Positions 60,560 through 64,000 of a stretch of 64,000 nucleotides of DNA are shown piece by piece (the first letter of the stretch is position 1; each line of letters begins with the position of its first letter). The notes beneath the pieces were generated by a model. It was not told where the DNA came from. It did no database searches and worked only from the letters and a program-made list of their open reading frames with translations. A program made the translations under genes and the position numbers. The stretch is from a plasmid. The stretch is from sequence record NZ_CP118990.1; one strand, written 5' to 3'.

Positions 60560-61438
60560 TTAGGGTTGTGATACCCGACTGCGCAGAAATTCCCGTGGTG
60601 AACGGTATCCCAAGGCGCTGTGCGGGTGGTGCTCGTTATAATGCTCAAACGCAATAGCCAAATTGCCTACCGCTGTTCGGCTATCCGGTTTTGGCATCAT
60701 CTCGATATAGTCTCGCTTCATCGTCTTCACGAAGCTCTCCGCTATACCGTTACTCTGTGGGCTTCTCACTGCTGTCGTTCTGGGCTCCAACCCGATTTCT
60801 CGTGCAAACGCGCGGGTCTCATGGGCGCGATACGCCGAGCCATTATCAGTCAGCCACTCCACCGGTGATGCCGGCAACGAATCCCCAAAGCGACGTTCGA
60901 CAGACCTCAGCATGACATCTTGCACAGTGTCACTATCGTAACCCCCAGTACTGGCCGCCCAGTCCAACGCCTCCCTATCGCAGCAGTCCATGGCGAACGT
61001 GACTCGTAGTTTTTCACCGTTATCGCAGCGAAACTCGAAGCCATCTGAGCACCACCGTCGATTGCTCTCCTTGACGGCAACACACCCCTTATGTGCCTGC
61101 TGGGCCAATGGTGCAGCTGGTTTTCTTTCCAGCAGCAAGCCATGCTCGCGCATGACGCGATATACCCGCTTAGCGTTTACCACAGGTTGTTCTGTTGCCT
61201 CAGACTGACGCCGTAACAGCGCCCAGACCCGGCGATAGCCATAGGAGGGAAGCTCTGCCATCGCCTCCATGATACGGCCAAGTAAGGCTGCATCATCACG
61301 CTGGCGATGATGACGACCATCTTGCCAACCCGGTTTTCGATGAACACGAACGGATAGCTGCGCACGCGATACATTAAGAGCCTGGCTCACAGCACTTAAT
61401 CGTCGTCCCCCGGCAACAAGGGCGCATGCGCAATCCAT
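60560..61438 (-). CDS. IS3-family transposase OrfB (DDE integrase core)
   Basis: 292 aa. [10 protein letters not shown] (DDE E region). Confidence 0.85.
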   Translation of the reverse strand: MDCACALVAGGRRLSAVSQALNVSRAQLSVRVHRKPGWQDGRHHRQRDDAALLGRIMEAMAELPSYGYRRVWALLRRQSEATEQPVVNAKRVYRVMREHGLLLERKPAAPLAQQAHKGCVAVKESNRRWCSDGFEFRCDNGEKLRVTFAMDCCDREALDWAASTGGYDSDTVQDVMLRSVERRFGDSLPASPVEWLTDNGSAYRAHETRAFAREIGLEPRTTAVRSPQSNGIAESFVKTMKRDYIEMMPKPDSRTAVGNLAIAFEHYNEHHPHSALGYRSPREFLRSRVSQP

Positions 61439-61791
61439 TTTTTTGCTCGACCATACTCCACGGCTTCTTTGAGGATCTCGTTCTCCATGGTCTTCTTCCC
61501 GAGCAGACGCTGAAGCTCTCGGATCTGCTTGATGGCAGCAGCCAACTCGGAAGCAGGAACAACATCCTCACCGGCGGTGATCGCCGTGAGAGACCCTTCT
61601 TGGAATTGCTTACGCCATTTGAAAAGCTGGTTTGCGTTGACGTCGTGCAAGCGAGCAACATGAGAGACGGTCATCCCGGGCTCAAAGGTCTGCTGCACGA
61701 TGGCGATCTTTTCTTGTGGAGTCCGGCGTCGACGGCGCTCGGCCCCTGTTAACACTTCGACCATCTTCTCGTTGTGACTAGTACTGAACAT
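61396..61791 (-). CDS. IS3-family transposase OrfA (HTH)
   Basis: 131 aa. Overlaps orfB in -1 frame. Confidence 0.8.
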   Translation of the reverse strand: MFSTSHNEKMVEVLTGAERRRRRTPQEKIAIVQQTFEPGMTVSHVARLHDVNANQLFKWRKQFQEGSLTAITAGEDVVPASELAAAIKQIRELQRLLGKKTMENEILKEAVEYGRAKKWIAHAPLLPGDDD

Positions 61792-61839
61792 AGCTCCAAG
61801 ACTACCTCTTAAGTTAAGAGGGGCGAAGTGTCTGGATCT

Positions 61840-62661
61840 TCAAGGGGCCAATCTAAACGCATTCTGAGCGACATTGAAAGACTCTCTATCCAAATACTCT
61901 TTGAGCCCCACCTTCTGACCAAACAAGAGGATTTCATTCTTTCCGGAACGGATGGCTTTCTCGATTTTGTCTATTCCTGGAGAGCCTCCATGCTCTTCTT
62001 GAATCAACAGGTTTATCGTTTTCAGTAAGACTGACATTGCTTTCAAGCTAGTTCCAGAAGAGTGATAACGAACCTCCCCCTCTTCCAAAGCCACCCAATC
62101 AACAGAGAAGAAGCCAGGATCGATGACAACGGTCTTCCCTTCCCTGAGGACCTCCAGTAGCCCCTCATCCTTGGTCGAGCTCACAATGTCCATATAAGCC
62201 CCGGCAGGTTGTGGCACCACAACAACCGACTTCACTGTCACTGATCGTTTCAGGGTGATCTGGTGCTCCCCCTCTAAGCGCTTTTTCAACGCTTCCCGAA
62301 GCTCAGGATTCATGAACTGGCTCACAGGCAAACCCGTAACAAGCACATCAATTTCCTTTTGCTCAGACAGCAACAGGGCTGCATAGAACAGCGCTTTATA
62401 TGGCTTGGTCGCGGGGTAATCATCATGTAGTTCCCGGTTCCAGCCTTGAAGGCGATCGGGCTCAACCCCTGCCACCCATTTTTCGTCATCAATAACAACC
62501 TGAATGCAGTTCCCTTCACCCCCTGTCAACTGCTGAGGCATCAGCGCCAGAGGACCTGCACCAACTGGCAGTACAGTAGTAGTGACATGCCCCCCCTTAA
62601 ACCCCATAGCGATCTTTAAGTTCGAGTAACCAATATCCAGACCCAAAATAAATTGTTTCAT
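61840..62661 (-). pseudogene. parM: parM/stbA 5' part (actin-like ATPase), truncated by IS3-family insertion
   Basis: N-terminus ILGLDIGYSNLKIAMG (phosphate-1 motif of actin-fold ATPases). Frame ends 8 bp inside the IS end. Confidence 0.6.
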
Positions 62662-62899
62662 AAAACGCTCCGCTTTCGTGTTTAGGTAGCTTTTCAGTGG
62701 TGTTCCGAGGATTGAGAAGCAGAATACAACCTACCAAGAGGCATCCATGCCTCTGGAACTGCCCAAAATGGGCATTTAGGTTGCTTTTCAGTGATTTTTT
62801 TCCCAACCCCATACCCCTGAGCATTCGCACCAACCCAGCCAGCACCGAGTTGTCCAATTCCCAAGGCATCTCCTGGCTTCAACGCGCCCTGATAGTTCG

Positions 62900-63120
62900 A
62901 CAAAAAATGAAAAACTTACACCATCCTTCTATCTATCTGGAAAAACACACAAAAAAATTCAAAGCCATCATCTAAAAATGGAAAAATACAGGCAGTTTTC
63001 CAGATAGATAGATGGCTCTTTGACAATTTCCATATCTGCGTTAGCCTGTTGCAAAGGGTAGGTTTGTATTGGAAAATTACGAGCAGTTTTCCAGATAGAT
63101 AGTTATCTGGAAAGGAATTG
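62900..63120. promoter_or_regulatory. parC-like centromere/promoter region with iterons TTTTCCAGATAGATAG
   Basis: Direct copies at 62993-63010 and 63086-63103. Inverted copies at 62918-62935 and 63104-63115. Confidence 0.55.
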
Positions 63121-63142
63121 GCCGGGGATTGGGAGGTTTTGT

Positions 63143-63688
63143 TTGGCGAGTCTACCTACAACTAGATGGTTGGAACTACTAGAGCCATCTCTAGTCGATG
63201 AGCGTTCTGAGATCACATCGGATGTTCTATCGGTAGAGAGGGAGCGATTTGTAACAGAGGTACGAAGTCAAATTGAACGAGCTCTCGCTGTGCTCGCCGT
63301 CGAGGCACAGCAGGAAGCCGATATGTACTGGGCCTCACACAACCTAGCGCGGGAGGATGCGAGTGAAGATGAGCAAGGGCGAATCGGCACCCGTGTGCGA
63401 ATCGTCGGGAAGGTTTCACTAAGCGCAGAGTGGTATCGAAACAGATTTGTCAGCGCAGCTCCGAATGAGAAGAAGCTCGTTTTTTCGACGTACATCAAGA
63501 AGGGTAAAAACCTCAAGTACAGTATGACAAACTTCAAAAACGAGCCGCAGTGGGCGCGAGAACTCATTGAGCAGGTAGAGTCCCGCTATGTGATGTTCAG
63601 GAAGCGGGCAGCTGCCATTTCGAAAGTCCGTCGAGCGTTATGCGAGTACGAGAAATTACTTAACAGGACACATAGCGACGAGGTATGA
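63143..63688 (+). CDS. Hypothetical protein (181 aa)
   Basis: ORF only. Confidence 0.35.
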   Translation: MASLPTTRWLELLEPSLVDERSEITSDVLSVERERFVTEVRSQIERALAVLAVEAQQEADMYWASHNLAREDASEDEQGRIGTRVRIVGKVSLSAEWYRNRFVSAAPNEKKLVFSTYIKKGKNLKYSMTNFKNEPQWARELIEQVESRYVMFRKRAAAISKVRRALCEYEKLLNRTHSDEV

Positions 63689-63693
63689 CACAA

Positions 63694-64000
63694 TGACCGC
63701 ATCTGTATCGGCAACTGAACTGGCGAAACTGGGTAAATGCGCTTCCCTGATAAAATCTGTCAGCAAGGACTCAGTTGCGGTTAATCGCGACTCATGCAGG
63801 CAAAGAACTTTACGTCCCGTGAAGCAAAGCCCAAGATTGTCGTTACACAACGAAAACACCCTGAGGGGTGAGCAGGCACATTTACGATATGAATCTGCGG
63901 CACAACGACTCATGAATCATGCCGCGCAGGCAAAGCACCAGTTCTATCGCGTGGTATTTTTGGCCACCGTAGCAATGGGGTTGCTGACGTTACTTGCTGC
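63694..64000 (+). CDS. Hypothetical protein, partial (runs off window end)
   Basis: Open frame MTASVSATELAKLGK... with no stop before the window end. Confidence 0.25.

Larger units (their letters stand above)
60527..61847 (-). mobile_element. IS3-family insertion sequence (orfA/orfB with programmed frameshift)
   Basis: Imperfect terminal IRs TGACCCCATAGATCCAGACACTT (60527-60549) and CCCCTTGAAGATCCAGACAC (revcomp of 61828-61847). About 1.32 kb. Confidence 0.7.

Overview
This window is a mosaic accessory region of a large conjugative plasmid. The F-type T4SS genes traF-traH-traG, kfrA, an H-NS-like gene and parMRC suggest an IncHI-like, Enterobacteriaceae-type backbone.

1-7650: the 3' part of a type IV-A (DinG/Csf4-associated) CRISPR-Cas operon lies on the minus strand. 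It contains a Zn-finger Csf1-like subunit, a Cas6 gene, dinG, and a translationally coupled gene that runs off the window. A 12-repeat CRISPR array (29-bp repeats, about 32-bp spacers) sits at 6955-7650. The array is separated from the cas genes by about 3 kb. That interval carries a cold-shock-domain/membrane fusion gene, phased iterons, a CX5R phosphatase-like gene and a tyrosine recombinase. The cas promoter region also holds degenerate repeat-like relics.

7.6-11.6 kb: hypothetical genes, a MITE-like inverted-repeat element, and a GC-rich Tus-like gene.

11.6-33.4 kb: a heavy-metal and antibiotic-resistance island.
- An orphan merR-merT-merP-GDCCVxC module is truncated by a Tn3-family unit (tnpA, vapBC-like TA, res, tnpR). 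That unit carries a complete merRTPADE operon and ends in a Tn21-type IR.
- An msr(E)-mph(E) macrolide module follows.
- A second Tn3-family transposon is bounded by 38-bp IRs. It carries a DUF3391/HD-GYP gene frameshifted inside a heptanucleotide tandem repeat, higBA, tnpR and tnpA.

32.4-47.1 kb: a Rep-like gene, relBE, parA/parG, an inverted pair of IS4-family elements flanking a small gene, and a candidate TA pair. A Tn5393-IR-bounded remnant (resolvase::transposase fusion, IS630) contains an Aer-like MCP gene split by IS30-family and ISAs1-family insertions.

47.4-64 kb: plasmid backbone.
- kfrA, a UvrD-like helicase, and traF/traH/traG.
- A regulatory cluster: Ner-like, a lytic transglycosylase, a FlhD/FlhC-like pair, and an H-NS-like gene.
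- parM disrupted by an IS3-family element, with parC iterons.
- Two identical 20-bp palindromes upstream of tra-region genes.

Family calls are from motifs read directly in the translations. No database search was possible.
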